A stretch of 64,000 nt of DNA, taken from an uncultured delta proteobacterium. Its GTDB lineage: Bacteria; Desulfobacterota; Binatia; UBA9968. The notes under the pieces were generated by a model that was given only the letters and a program-made list of their open reading frames with translations, made no database searches and was not told the DNA's origin. Of the stretch, positions 20,877-32,840 are shown one piece after another. Location of the stretch: the NCBI GenBank assembly GCA_963727625.1, contig CAVSHR010000012.1, positions 288,001-352,000 on the forward strand, given 5' to 3'. How positions within the stretch are numbered: the stretch's first letter is position 1; every line of letters starts with the position of its first letter. The translations under genes were made by a program, and so were the position numbers.

Positions 20877-20988
20877 ATACCACAGACGTTTGTCGAATCG
20901 TGTCACATGTTTTTAAAATATTTTCAGGCAGACTGGATTAGGGTTTCGCGTAGGATTTCAGCGACTTCCCCAGGTCGTCTTTGATTTC
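20877..20988. repeat. Direct repeat copy 1: 3' end of a WYL gene plus downstream AT-rich segment
   Basis: Near-identical to 21887-21998; encodes EIKDDLGKSLKSYAKP* on minus strand. Confidence 0.92.
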
Positions 20989-21080
20989 ATCATGGGGATC
21001 GGTCCGTTCCAGCGGTTCCAACAGTCCCAATCGTTCCAAACGTTCGACTGGTTCCTCCGGTTCCGATTGTTCGGGTGACT

Positions 21081-21110
21081 TCCACGTTTCCGGAATTCCG
21101 GAAACGTGGA
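21081..21110. repeat. Perfect 30-bp palindrome
   Basis: TCCACGTTTCCGGAATTCCGGAAACGTGGA equals its reverse complement. Confidence 0.9.
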
Positions 21111-21122
21111 GATGAACGCCGG

Positions 21123-21668
21123 CTAGCGTTTGCCATAACGCGCCGGTTTTTCCTCGACCAGGAATCCGATCTTCTTTTTCTTAGGCTCCGGCGGCGTCAT
21201 GAGCTGGCGTATGGCCTCGAATAGGGACCTAATGTGCATGTCATGGCTTTCGAACTTGCGCTCCAGGGCCTCGAGCTTGTGAGCCAAGTCCTTGTTCGAC
21301 AAAATCATGTCCCTTAGCCGGACGAAGGCACGCATGATTTCGATATTGATTGCAACAGCCCGCTCACTCTTCAGCACGCTCGATAACATGGCGACTCCCT
21401 GCTCGGTGAAAACGTAAGGCAGGTACCGCCGCCCGCCGCGCCGATTCTTTGAGATCACAATTTGTGATCTCAAAAGGTTAGCTTCTTCATCCGACAGTTG
21501 GAACATAAAATCCGATGGAAATCGATTAGAGTTTCGCTTTACGGCTTGTACTAGAACACGGGTTTCAACCCCGTAGAGAACTGCTAGATCGGTGTCCAGC
21601 ATAACTTTATGACCGCGGACCAATAGTATGAGTCGCTCAATCTGCTCGGTTGGGATTATGCCTGCCAT
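21123..21668 (-). CDS. ORF6N (KilA-N-like) DNA-binding domain protein
   Basis: [48 protein letters not shown]. Confidence 0.92.
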   Translation of the reverse strand: MAGIIPTEQIERLILLVRGHKVMLDTDLAVLYGVETRVLVQAVKRNSNRFPSDFMFQLSDEEANLLRSQIVISKNRRGGRRYLPYVFTEQGVAMLSSVLKSERAVAINIEIMRAFVRLRDMILSNKDLAHKLEALERKFESHDMHIRSLFEAIRQLMTPPEPKKKKIGFLVEEKPARYGKR

Positions 21669-21886
21669 GCCTCAAGACCTCCCTTCCAACCAGCCAGTTA
21701 GCCATCACCTGAGTCGTCTTGACCGAACGGGCGACACTGGCACGAGCCGATTCGAGAAACCGGCGAATGCGATCGTAGATTGAATTGGATTTCCGGGACG
21801 CCATAAACACTTCGCGTGGGTTACATATCCTTCATTTGGTCGAATCGTTCAAATCGTTCGCATCGCAGTGAATGGAAGCGCTTTTC

Positions 21887-22090
21887 ATACCACAGACGTT
21901 TGTCGAATCGTGTCACATGTTTTTAAAATATTTTCAGGCAGACTGGATTAGGGTTTCGCGTAGGATCGCAGCGATTTCCCCAGGTCGTCTTTGATTTCTT
22001 TCACCAAGGAAGCCGGTTCGAGGACCTTGGCTAGCGCGCCGAAGCCCATGATCCAGGTCTTGATCTCTTTAATTCCGGCCATTTCAATGG
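21887..22090 (-). pseudogene. Direct repeat copy 2: orphan 3' fragment of the WYL gene plus downstream segment
   Basis: AGIKEIKTWIMGFGALAKVLEPASLVKEIKDDL matches the C-terminus of 23603-24595. Confidence 0.9.
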
Positions 22091-22130
22091 CTTCGCTCAT
22101 CCATGAAAATTCCCTTGCCGGCGGTCTCAC

Positions 22131-23489
22131 TCACTTCCGGGTCAATCCCAATTCTTCCCACATCCAACGGAAATCGTAGGCGATCTCTCCAGATCGGCGC
22201 TGGCGCTCCGAGTGACTCTCGAAATCTTTTAGGAGGGCGACCACCTTGGGACGCACCGTCTTCAATCGCGCGGCATGGCGCGGCGTGCGGTTGCCAAGAG
22301 CCGGCACCGGCTCGTCGAGCCATTTGCGGTAATGATTGTCGTAATACTCCCCGAGGATTTCGCGCTGCGTTTCGATGGGAATATCCGGCTCCTTCTGTTT
22401 GGTCGTTTGCGGCGCGCGCTTCATCGCTTGCTCGACGTCTTCGTAGCTGATGGCGCGAAATCGTACGGCGCCGCCGAACAGATTTGGCAACTCGTCCCGG
22501 GCCTTCTCGGCCCGCTTTTGAGAAGTGGTTTCGAACACGACGCGTTTTTCGTCGAAGCCCATCGTGCCGACGCTGCGCTGGAAACTGCCTGCCGGCTCGA
22601 GCCAGGCGTAGCTGCCGTCGCCGTGATCGACAATATCGTCGCGATCCGCCAGGGAACGAATCGCCGCTTCCCGATCGACAAGGTCGAAGATCACTTTGGC
22701 GAAGATAAACGGTTCGCCATCGCCGGTGACGATCTTGGGACGGGGCGGCAGCGCGACGCGTTCCAACCAGAGATTATGGAAGACCGGCGCCATCCTTCTG
22801 AAGAAACCGCACAGGTCTTCATCCGGAAAGTCGTGCGTGAAGACTTGATACGCCTTTCTCAGGCCCTTCAGCAGATCGTCCTTGTCCGCCGCCCTGAATA
22901 AATACGGGATGGTTTCAAAAACCGTCTCGCCGTCGCCTCCCGGCCCGAGCCGCGCGACAACCAAGTCCCACGCGACGACCTGCCGTGTCGCGGCGCGCTC
23001 GCGCACAAACAATCGCCGATCGTCCCACAAGTCGCGCACTTCGAATCCTTGATCCGGTTTTACTTCGAGGATCTCATACAACCGCAGATGGCTTGCGCCC
23101 AGTCCGTTCAAATAATTCAATTCGCCGGAGCTTAATTGCTTCCCTTCGCTTTCGAGAAAAACTTCCAACATCGTCCGGCCGTCGCCGCAGTCGAAATCGA
23201 ACGCAAGCCAGCTATTGTAGGCGATCTCCACCGTCTCCGAAGTCATCACTTTTTTAAACTGCTGATCCGGCTCGTCCGACAGCCAGTCGCCCCAAAAAAG
23301 CGCGAGCGCCGCTTGGTGGATCTCCTTGAATTTGGACCGAGCCGCGAAGCGCATGAGCTTTGCCAGCGCGCTGCTTCGCTCTTCTGAACGGTAGGTCTGC
23401 GCGACCATAGCGCTCTTGTTCAAGCAGCATTTTTTGAATTTGCGCCCGCTGCCGCACGGACAGGGGTTATTACGACCAACCACACTCAC
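22131..23489 (-). CDS. SEC-C motif protein with Xre/MbcA/ParS-like C-terminal motif
   Basis: GRNNPCPCGSGRKFKKCC; WLDEPVPALGNRTP. Confidence 0.8.
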   Translation of the reverse strand: MSVVGRNNPCPCGSGRKFKKCCLNKSAMVAQTYRSEERSSALAKLMRFAARSKFKEIHQAALALFWGDWLSDEPDQQFKKVMTSETVEIAYNSWLAFDFDCGDGRTMLEVFLESEGKQLSSGELNYLNGLGASHLRLYEILEVKPDQGFEVRDLWDDRRLFVRERAATRQVVAWDLVVARLGPGGDGETVFETIPYLFRAADKDDLLKGLRKAYQVFTHDFPDEDLCGFFRRMAPVFHNLWLERVALPPRPKIVTGDGEPFIFAKVIFDLVDREAAIRSLADRDDIVDHGDGSYAWLEPAGSFQRSVGTMGFDEKRVVFETTSQKRAEKARDELPNLFGGAVRFRAISYEDVEQAMKRAPQTTKQKEPDIPIETQREILGEYYDNHYRKWLDEPVPALGNRTPRHAARLKTVRPKVVALLKDFESHSERQRRSGEIAYDFRWMWEELGLTRK

Positions 23490-23602
23490 TGCTAGTTCTC
23501 CGTTTCGTCATTTTTCGATTGCCGTCGTGAAATAAAGACTTGAGCCATTCCCACGTTCATTGCGACGCCATGGCTTATCGTATCGCGTCAAGTGTTCGTA
23601 CT

Positions 23603-24595
23603 CTACCTGCGTGCTCTAGAGTTTGCATAGGATTTCAACGCCTTTACCAGGTCGTCCTTGATTTCTTTGACCATGGACGCCGGTTCGAGGACTTTGGCGA
23701 GCGAGCCGAAGCCCATGATCCAGGTCTTGATCTCTTTGGTTCCGGCGACTTCGAAGGCAAGCTCCAGGGAGCCGTCTTTGAGCTTCTTGTTTTTCTGGCT
23801 CGGATGCCAGCGGCGCTCCAAGAGATAACGAGTGAGAGACTTATGGAAGCGGACTTTCACCCGCACCAACTCTTCGGTGAACATGCCGAAGCTGTGGCGT
23901 AGATAATTTTCCAGAGAGAAGCCAACGGGCGCCGCAAAGGTCTCGTCGGTTAACTTTATCTTTTGCATCCGGTCCACGACGAAGGTTCTGGTATCCTTGC
24001 GCATGTGGCAGTGACCGATCAGATAGAGAGACCCGTTGTGAAGATGGATGGCGTAAGGAGTGACCCGTCGCTCGCTCGGCGATTGATCGCGCGGTTGATA
24101 GACAAGCTGCAAGACCTTCCGGCCTTCGATGGCTTCCTGAATCACTTTGATGAACTCGCCGTAGTCTCCGTAGTTCTTCTGCGCGGGCATCCCCGAGATA
24201 AAGCTCTTGCGCAGGTCAACCATCTGTCGGAAGAGCGGCCTGGGCAGAACCGCCCACACTTTTTCGAAAAGCGACTGCAACGACTCGGCAAAAACGGTTC
24301 CGTCCAACGGTCGGATCGAGTCCTGCGCTAGATAAAGAGAAAGCAGTTCTGAAAGTGAAAAAGGAATTGAAAGCCGGTTCCGATAATCCGGATCGATCTT
24401 CCAAAAGCTCTCCCGCCCGTTCTTGTCGGGATAAAGCGGTATCCGGAGTTCTTCCAGAATTTGTAGGTCGCGGTATACCGCCCGCGTATTGGCGTGAAGC
24501 TGTTCGGCCATATCACGCACCCGCAACCCGTTCGCATTTCGTTCAATGATTGATAGTAGCTTGATCGCTCTCGAAACGGGTTTAGTCCGTGACAT
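23603..24595 (-). CDS. WYL-domain HTH transcriptional regulator
   Basis: N-terminal HTH (RAVYRDL), RRVTPY..LYLIGHC..RTFVVDRM WYL domain, WCX-like tail. Confidence 0.93.
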   Translation of the reverse strand: MSRTKPVSRAIKLLSIIERNANGLRVRDMAEQLHANTRAVYRDLQILEELRIPLYPDKNGRESFWKIDPDYRNRLSIPFSLSELLSLYLAQDSIRPLDGTVFAESLQSLFEKVWAVLPRPLFRQMVDLRKSFISGMPAQKNYGDYGEFIKVIQEAIEGRKVLQLVYQPRDQSPSERRVTPYAIHLHNGSLYLIGHCHMRKDTRTFVVDRMQKIKLTDETFAAPVGFSLENYLRHSFGMFTEELVRVKVRFHKSLTRYLLERRWHPSQKNKKLKDGSLELAFEVAGTKEIKTWIMGFGSLAKVLEPASMVKEIKDDLVKALKSYANSRARR

Positions 24596-24723
24596 GAATT
24601 CTTCTCACATAGCCGGATCTATCTTCGCGCGCTGGAGAATAGTTCGCCCTGGCTTGCCTCCCGGTTGCCGCAGTAAATGCCGTTGACAGGTGATTTGATC
24701 GTTTTCGGGCACCGAAACGATAT

Positions 24724-24878
24724 CTATAATTTATAACCGATCTTGCGCAACAGCTCTTTGCGCCGGGCGATAACCGGGTCGTCTTCGATGCCTTTGCGTT
24801 TGCCGCCGTCGATGGTGTCTGTGCTGCCGCCCCCTTGCTCGGTTTTGCCGATGATTACTCCGACGGGATTCGCCGAGG
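24724..24878 (-). pseudogene. Degraded duplicate of the 3' end of the adenosine-specific kinase gene
   Basis: ttataaccgatcttgcgca.cagctctttgcgcc...ttgccgccgtcgatg...cccttgctcggttt matches 31277-31430; ends KIGYKL*. Confidence 0.85.
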
Positions 24879-25002
24879 GCTTCGAGATCGTCGGCATGAA
24901 AAAAAACCTGCGGTTTGAGAAGACGCGCGCCCAGGAGCCGCGATCAAGCGCGGCGTTTTTCCGACGCCGCCGGCGAAACTGGATGGCGATCGTTCGCAGC
25001 GC

Positions 25003-25842
25003 CTATCTAAACGCCTCCACGCTCAACATAATCACTTCGATTTCCTCGGTGATTTCCTCTTGGCGCAGACTGTTGCGTTTGCGCAGAAGCTCGGTGGCGG
25101 TTTTCTCGAGCCGGCGCACCGCCGAGTCCATATGCTGCAAGCGGCGCTGATTTTCGGCCATCAGCGAGCTGTAAAGCAGTTCATGCAGCGCAGCGAATAG
25201 ATACTGATCGAGCAATCCGCTGAGAAACGATCGCGGCTGCAGATAAAGCAGCGGCGCATGAGCGTACGGTTTACTTTTGAGCGAAGCAGGTTGCAGCGGC
25301 TGCAAGACCGTGACGGCGACATGCTCATTTTCCGGTTGTTGGTGCAGCACCGTCAATCGCAGCGGTCCGTCGAAACCGCCGGGCACCCTCGGTCCCGTCA
25401 CAGCCTGCATCAACTTGACCAGGACTGCGTCGACCTCTTCCACCGCGCTGGCTCCGTCAATCGCGGCGCGCAGCCGCGCATCGTTGCCCAGTTTGGCCGC
25501 CAACTTGGCGCCCACCGTGACCAAGGATATTTCCCGAGCCGCGGCGCTTCGACCCTCAAAAGCTCTGATCAGCGCTTCGTTAAAGTCGCCGCAAAAGCCG
25601 CGCTCGCTTCCGACTAACAGGTAAAGTTCGCGAAATTTTTCGACGCCGGAAAACAGCGCGCGATGAAATTGCAGGAAATCGGCGGCGGCCGCTTCAATAC
25701 TGCCGACCACCTTGCGCTGGCTTTCGAGAAAGCGGGCAAGTTTATGCACTTCCATCAAGGAGAGATTTTTCATGGCGTTCATAATCTCCTTGATCTCATT
25801 GAGGCTGCCCAGCTGAGTTTCAATGTCGTGCCGCTTGCTCAT
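25003..25842 (-). CDS. atpG: N-type ATPase gamma subunit
   Basis: ERGFCGDFN, AENQRRL, RQEEITEEI. Confidence 0.93.
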   Translation of the reverse strand: MSKRHDIETQLGSLNEIKEIMNAMKNLSLMEVHKLARFLESQRKVVGSIEAAAADFLQFHRALFSGVEKFRELYLLVGSERGFCGDFNEALIRAFEGRSAAAREISLVTVGAKLAAKLGNDARLRAAIDGASAVEEVDAVLVKLMQAVTGPRVPGGFDGPLRLTVLHQQPENEHVAVTVLQPLQPASLKSKPYAHAPLLYLQPRSFLSGLLDQYLFAALHELLYSSLMAENQRRLQHMDSAVRRLEKTATELLRKRNSLRQEEITEEIEVIMLSVEAFR

Positions 25843-25915
25843 CGACCGCTGCCCGCCTCACGACGATGCCCGATGCCGCGTGCCGCGGTGTCGGCGCTTG
25901 AGTGCTTGGCAAATC

Positions 25916-27409
25916 TCACGCCGCTTCCTCTTCGGCGGCGGTTCCCAGACCCTGGGCGACGAGATGCTTCCACTCGTCGCGCTTGCTCTCCAGCGTCAAC
26001 CCTGAACTGCGCACCGACTCTTCGAGGCGGCGCAGCGCCGGCGCAATCTCGTCGCTCGCCAGGCGATTGAGAAGCCCCTCGTTGTAGGCGACCATCCATG
26101 CCAGATGAAACGCGCCGGTCACCGGCGCAAGGCGATCTTGCTTGAGCGCCTCGCGCAAAATACGGCCCCGTTTGATCTTGGCTTCGACGGAAGCTTCCAG
26201 GCGCGCGCCGAAGCGGGTGAAGACTTCCAGTTCGAGAAATTGCAAATAGTCGAGCTTCATGTGACCGGTTTCCTGGGAAATGCGCCGGTCCTGCGCCTTG
26301 CCGCCGATGCGCGACACCGATTTTGTGACGTCGATCGCCGGCAGAAAGCCGATCGCGAACAACCCCGCGTCGAAATAGATCTGGCCGTCGGTAATCGAAA
26401 TCAGGTTGGTCGGGATGTAGGCGGCAATCTCGCCTTCGCGGGTCTCGACGATCGGCAGCGCCGTCATGCTGCCGCCCCCCTGCTCCGCCACCAAATGAGT
26501 CGAGCGTTCGAGCAGACGGGAGTGCAGATAAAAAATATCGCCGGGAAAGGCTTCCCGGCCCGGCGGCCGACGCAACAGCAAGGACAGTTCGCGATAGGCC
26601 TGCGCGTGGGCGGTCAGATCGTCATAGACAATCAGGGTGTCTTTGCCCTGCGCCATCCAGGCCTCGGCGACCGCACAGCCGGCAAAAGGCGCGAGATATT
26701 GCAGACCGGGGGTTGCCGTGGCCTCTGCCACGACGATCGAAGTATGTCCGAGCGCACCGGCCTCCCGCAGGGTCGCTATGGTACTGACGACCGATGAGCG
26801 CTTTTGACCGATCAACACATAGACACACAGGACATTCTTGTCTTTTTGGTTGATCACCGTATCGATCGCCAGAGAGCTTTTCCCCAGACCGTTGTCGCCG
26901 ATCAGCAGCTGGCGCTGTCCTTTGCCGATCGGAATCATCGTATCGACGATCTTATTCCCCGTATAAAGCGGGTCCTTGACAAATTCACGGTGGATGATCG
27001 GCGGCGATAAAGTTTCCAGCTCGCGGCGGCCAATGCATTCCGGCGTGGCGGCGCCGTCAAGGGGAACGCCCAAGGGATCGATCACCCGGCCGAGCAGCGC
27101 GTCACCCACGGGAATGCTCAAGCGCCGGCCCGAGAGAGTGGCGACGGCTCCGGCCGTAAGCTGCTCGCCTTGGGCCAATAGAATCGCGCTCAGAGTATCC
27201 GGCTCCAGCGCAAACACCACGGCACGGCTGCCGTCTTCGAATTCCAAAATATCTTCCATCGCTGCCGACGGCAGCCCCTTGACGCGCGCAATGCCGTCGC
27301 CGATGGAAACGATGCTGCCCTGCTCGGTGATGCGCAAAGCAAAGCGATAGGACTCCAGCCAGCGCGGGCGCTCCGGCGCGGCGGAAAGACGATCAATCGT
27401 CTCGGCCAC
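25916..27409 (-). CDS. atpA: N-type ATPase alpha subunit
   Basis: [36 protein letters not shown]; probable GTG start at 27409. Confidence 0.95.
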   Translation of the reverse strand: MAETIDRLSAAPERPRWLESYRFALRITEQGSIVSIGDGIARVKGLPSAAMEDILEFEDGSRAVVFALEPDTLSAILLAQGEQLTAGAVATLSGRRLSIPVGDALLGRVIDPLGVPLDGAATPECIGRRELETLSPPIIHREFVKDPLYTGNKIVDTMIPIGKGQRQLLIGDNGLGKSSLAIDTVINQKDKNVLCVYVLIGQKRSSVVSTIATLREAGALGHTSIVVAEATATPGLQYLAPFAGCAVAEAWMAQGKDTLIVYDDLTAHAQAYRELSLLLRRPPGREAFPGDIFYLHSRLLERSTHLVAEQGGGSMTALPIVETREGEIAAYIPTNLISITDGQIYFDAGLFAIGFLPAIDVTKSVSRIGGKAQDRRISQETGHMKLDYLQFLELEVFTRFGARLEASVEAKIKRGRILREALKQDRLAPVTGAFHLAWMVAYNEGLLNRLASDEIAPALRRLEESVRSSGLTLESKRDEWKHLVAQGLGTAAEEEAA

Positions 27410-28148
27410 GGGCACTCTCACGGGCGAAAAATTCCAGCTCATCGGCGAGATTCGCGCGCAACACCCACGGGCCGATGCTGATCCGCAGCCCGGCGCGCAA
27501 GCCGCTTTCTTCGTCGAACTGCAGAGTGACGCCGTCCTGGGTCAATTTTTTAAGCTCTTGCTCGATGGCGCCGCGCTGCGCCGGGCCGATTGCAAAAGCG
27601 CTTGCCACTTTGATCTGCAGACCGGCGCGCCGGCAGGCGGAGCGCAGATTTTCAATTTGGTCCGCCGGCAGAGACTGCAAATCTTCCAACGCCAGGCTGA
27701 TCAGTCGGGCTTCGAGCTCCGGACCGGCCGCACGATCGAGAAGGCGGGCGGTGAATTTTACGCCGGCGGCGATACCGGTCGCTTCGGCGTTGTTGCGCAG
27801 CTCGTTCAAGCGCCGCTCTTCGAGCACCCGCGCTTTGCCGCGCTCCTGCTTGAGCGAGTCGTCGAGCGCCGACAGCAGCTGCGCGCGCCGCGCCGCGACC
27901 TCCTCGGTCACCCCGATGCGCAGTTTCGCCTTTTCATTTTCCCAATCGGCGAGGCGTTTTTGAAATTGCTGTTTGAGCGCCTCGGCCTCGCCCTGGCGCG
28001 CCTTGGCATCCGCCAGGTTCTTTTCAATCAGCGCTTTTCTTTGCCCGATCGCCTGCAAGATCGGTTTGTACAAGAATCGTTTGAGGATCCAGACGAGAAC
28101 CAGAAAATTGACGATCTCGAGAAAGAATGTCGGCCAGCTGAGTTCCAC
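27393..28148 (-). CDS. atpF: N-type ATPase long b subunit (delta-like C-terminus)
   Basis: [20 protein letters not shown]; 251 aa. Confidence 0.92.
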   Translation of the reverse strand: MELSWPTFFLEIVNFLVLVWILKRFLYKPILQAIGQRKALIEKNLADAKARQGEAEALKQQFQKRLADWENEKAKLRIGVTEEVAARRAQLLSALDDSLKQERGKARVLEERRLNELRNNAEATGIAAGVKFTARLLDRAAGPELEARLISLALEDLQSLPADQIENLRSACRRAGLQIKVASAFAIGPAQRGAIEQELKKLTQDGVTLQFDEESGLRAGLRISIGPWVLRANLADELEFFARESARGRDD

Positions 28149-28156
28149 CGCGTCCC

Positions 28157-28423
28157 CTACTTGACCAAATATTGCAGCAGCGGATTGCGAAACAGGATAA
28201 TTAACACGATGACCAGCACGTAGATGGCCAACGACTCGATCATGGCCAGGCCGATAAATAGGGTGCGGGTGATCGACTTCTCCGCCTCCGGCTGGCGCGC
28301 CAGCGCGTCAAGAGCTTGCACGATGGCCCGGCCCATCGCCAGCGCCGGGAACATCGCGCCGAGGGCGATGGCCACGGCCGCGGCCACGGTTGAGGCCAGG
28401 GTGAACCAAGTCATGTCCTGCAT
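28157..28423 (-). CDS. atpE: ATPase c subunit
   Basis: ARQPE loop, MIESLAIY. Confidence 0.95.
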   Translation of the reverse strand: MQDMTWFTLASTVAAAVAIALGAMFPALAMGRAIVQALDALARQPEAEKSITRTLFIGLAMIESLAIYVLVIVLIILFRNPLLQYLVK

Positions 28424-28434
28424 GGGGTCGCTCC

Positions 28435-29124
28435 TTATCCTTCCCTTTTCTTCATCTCTAACGATTGAATTCCGCCGGCGATGTAAATCAGCGCCAGCAT
28501 GCCGAAGATGTAGGCCTGCACCAGCGCTTCAACGATGTGCAACAGCAGCACCGGCACCGGCACCAGGAAGCCGGCCACCAGCAATATCAGCAACGCCGCC
28601 ATCTCCAAGCTGAAAATGTTACCGAACAAACGCACCGCCAGCGCGATCGTGCGCGAGATCTCACTGACGATATGAAAGGGCAGAAGAATGGGATTGGGCT
28701 CAATGTAATGGCGCACGTAATGTCTCAGCCCATGGATCCGAACGCCGTACCAGTGCACCGATAGAAAAACCAAGAGCGCCAGCGCAGAGGTGGTCGCCAG
28801 ATCGGCGGTCGGACCGTGCAAACCGGGAATGATTCCAATTAAATTCGCGAACAGCGCAAAAATCCATAGCGAGGCGACAAACGGAAGCACGATCAGCGCG
28901 TGCTCCGGCAACACCGCTTCGATAGCATCTTGAATGGCCCCGACGACGCCTTCGAGCGCCGCTTGCCAGGGTCCGGGGTCGACTCTGAGCCGGCGTGTGG
29001 AAAGCCAGGAGATCAGCAACAAGCAAAGCATCACCGCCCAGGTGGTGACGACCGTTTCGCTGAGCGGCAGCGGCCCGAGGTAAAAGAGTACGGTATGGAA
29101 ACGATCGTTGCCTGCCATGGTCAT
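28435..29124 (-). CDS. atpB: ATPase a subunit
   Basis: LAVRLFGNI, VQAYIFGML. Confidence 0.95.
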   Translation of the reverse strand: MTMAGNDRFHTVLFYLGPLPLSETVVTTWAVMLCLLLISWLSTRRLRVDPGPWQAALEGVVGAIQDAIEAVLPEHALIVLPFVASLWIFALFANLIGIIPGLHGPTADLATTSALALLVFLSVHWYGVRIHGLRHYVRHYIEPNPILLPFHIVSEISRTIALAVRLFGNIFSLEMAALLILLVAGFLVPVPVLLLHIVEALVQAYIFGMLALIYIAGGIQSLEMKKREG

Positions 29125-29407
29125 TCGCGAACAAAGAGATAGACGTTCATCCCGCCAACCACGACGCCGAGCACGATCATGCTGACGGTCCAGTGCACTT
29201 CATAGCCGGTCGACAAGCTATCGAGCCACTGGCCGAGGTATGCGCCGCCGACGACCGGCAGGACAAACATGAGCCCCAGGGTGCCGAGGTAAACGGTTTG
29301 GCCGATCAGGGTTCGCCTTTCTTTTTCGGCCTGCTTGATCCGCCGCGCCTGTTTTTCCACCTGCTCTTCGAGTTTTTCCTGAGCCGAGCGGCTGTCGTCG
29401 GACGATG

Positions 29408-29411
<4 letters not shown>
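29121..29411 (-). CDS. AtpQ/AtpZ-like membrane protein
   Basis: Two TM helices, GAYLGQWLD; position in N-ATPase operon. Confidence 0.82.
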
Positions 29412-31224
<1,813 letters not shown>

Positions 31225-31276
31225 TCACTCCGGGCATTTCGGGTCCCGGCGCGCGGGCAGAAGACAAGTATAGCCG

Positions 31277-31762
31277 CTACAGCTTATAACCGATCTTGCG
31301 CAGCAGCTCTTTGCGCCAAGCGATACCCTTTGCATCTTCAACGCCCTTGCTCTTGCCGCCGTCGATGACGCCCAGGATGGCGCGCCCTTGCTCGGTTTCG
31401 GCGACGATCACTTCGACCGGATTGGCCGTCGCGCAAAAAACCCGGCAGACTTCGGGGACCATCTTGATATTGTTGAGGATGCTTACCGGGAAGAATCCCG
31501 GGCCGAGAAACAAGATAAAACTATGACCCGCCGACAAGGCCAGCGCATTGCGCTTGGCCAGCGCGATCATGGCATCGTCCGTGCCGGTCCAGCGCACGAG
31601 CATTTCACCGGAGGACTCGCAGAAGGCCAGGCCGAACTTGATCCCGGGAATTGCTTGAACCAGGGCTTCGTGGATGTCTTCGACGGTCTTGATGAAGTGG
31701 CTCTGGCCGAGAATGAAGTTGATGTCGTTGGGCTTGTCGATTTTAACCGTTGTCAATTCCAT
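31277..31762 (-). CDS. Adenosine-specific kinase family protein
   Basis: GQSHFIKTVEDIHE, FCATANPVEV motifs. Confidence 0.88.
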   Translation of the reverse strand: MELTTVKIDKPNDINFILGQSHFIKTVEDIHEALVQAIPGIKFGLAFCESSGEMLVRWTGTDDAMIALAKRNALALSAGHSFILFLGPGFFPVSILNNIKMVPEVCRVFCATANPVEVIVAETEQGRAILGVIDGGKSKGVEDAKGIAWRKELLRKIGYKL

Positions 31763-31940
31763 GGCACCATTCCTTCCATGCGCGCGGCGGGAGCACTGAA
31801 TTCGATCCCCATGACAAAGTTGTATTGCACGAAAACGTTTTCGAAGGGATCGGCGTCGAACGGCGAGTTCATGATTCCGCGGGGGGACCGAAGCATGACC
31901 GCAGTGCCGTTTTCACCGCCCCAAAGACTCCAGGAATAAC

Positions 31941-32810
31941 TCACGTGGCTCGGATGACGAGCACCGGATCCTGCGAGTGCTGAACGACCTTCTCGGTTAC
32001 GCTGCCGAGCAGCCAGCGGCCGATCCCCGACCGGCCGTGACTGCACATGGCGATCAAATTATGCTCGGTTCTGCGGGCGATATCGACGATCTCGCCGGCG
32101 GGGTCGCCCTCCATGGCGGTGGCGACGACATTGTCGAGCCCTTCGGCGCGCAGTTGGTCGACCTTGCCGGCGAGGTAGAGCTCCGCTTCTTTTTGCATTT
32201 CCTCGCGGTAAGGCGCCGAGCCCTGCGCGATCACGCCGTCGGCGACGACATAGGCGTTGGGCGGCAGCTCGTAGATCCGAATGAGCTGAACTTCCAATTT
32301 CATCGACTTGGCTAAGGTTACGACCTGAGGCAAAACCTTTTCAGCGAGCCCCGAGCCATCCAGGGGCACGATCACCGTCGTGAATTTGACCGGAGTCGCC
32401 GGATCGATGCCTTCCACCGGGCGAGCCAGCAACAACGGATTGACCGCTCTTTGAACCACCTTGCTCGTCACGCTGCCGAGCAACCACCGGCGCAAACCCG
32501 ACATGCCATGGGTCGCCATCGCGATGAGGCAGCTCGGATCGGTTCGATTGCGCTCGACGATGATTTCCGCCGGTTCGCCGATCTCGACGTTCGATGTGGC
32601 GCGAGGGGCGGTCGGAAAATATTTTTCACGAACTTCCTGCAAATACCGTTTGTCCGCCTGAGGCGGCCAGAACGGCGGACGCGCCTCCGGATCGGTCACC
32701 GTGAACAGATCGACCGGAATGTTGTGCGCGGCGGCGAAGGCTTGCACCAATGGCAGAATTTGCTCCGCTAACTTGGAACCATCCAGTGGCACCGATATCT
32801 TGCTAAACAT
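31941..32810 (-). CDS. Tandem-domain universal stress protein
   Basis: VPLDGS and HGxSG..WLLGSV twice. Confidence 0.93.
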   Translation of the reverse strand: MFSKISVPLDGSKLAEQILPLVQAFAAAHNIPVDLFTVTDPEARPPFWPPQADKRYLQEVREKYFPTAPRATSNVEIGEPAEIIVERNRTDPSCLIAMATHGMSGLRRWLLGSVTSKVVQRAVNPLLLARPVEGIDPATPVKFTTVIVPLDGSGLAEKVLPQVVTLAKSMKLEVQLIRIYELPPNAYVVADGVIAQGSAPYREEMQKEAELYLAGKVDQLRAEGLDNVVATAMEGDPAGEIVDIARRTEHNLIAMCSHGRSGIGRWLLGSVTEKVVQHSQDPVLVIRAT

Positions 32811-32840
32811 CTTTCTATGCTCTCCCCCCCAGGCGCCGCC

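Noticed and set aside
21000-21075. Possible second mini CRISPR array
   Set aside because: Units are degenerate 9-mers with no spacers.
24684-24730. TTGACA and TATAAT hexamers as a sigma-70 promoter
   Set aside because: Spacing is about 35 bp, and the TATAAT is part of the kinase remnant's final codons.
24743-25150. 135-aa plus-strand ORF
   Set aside because: It is antisense to atpG and to the kinase remnant.
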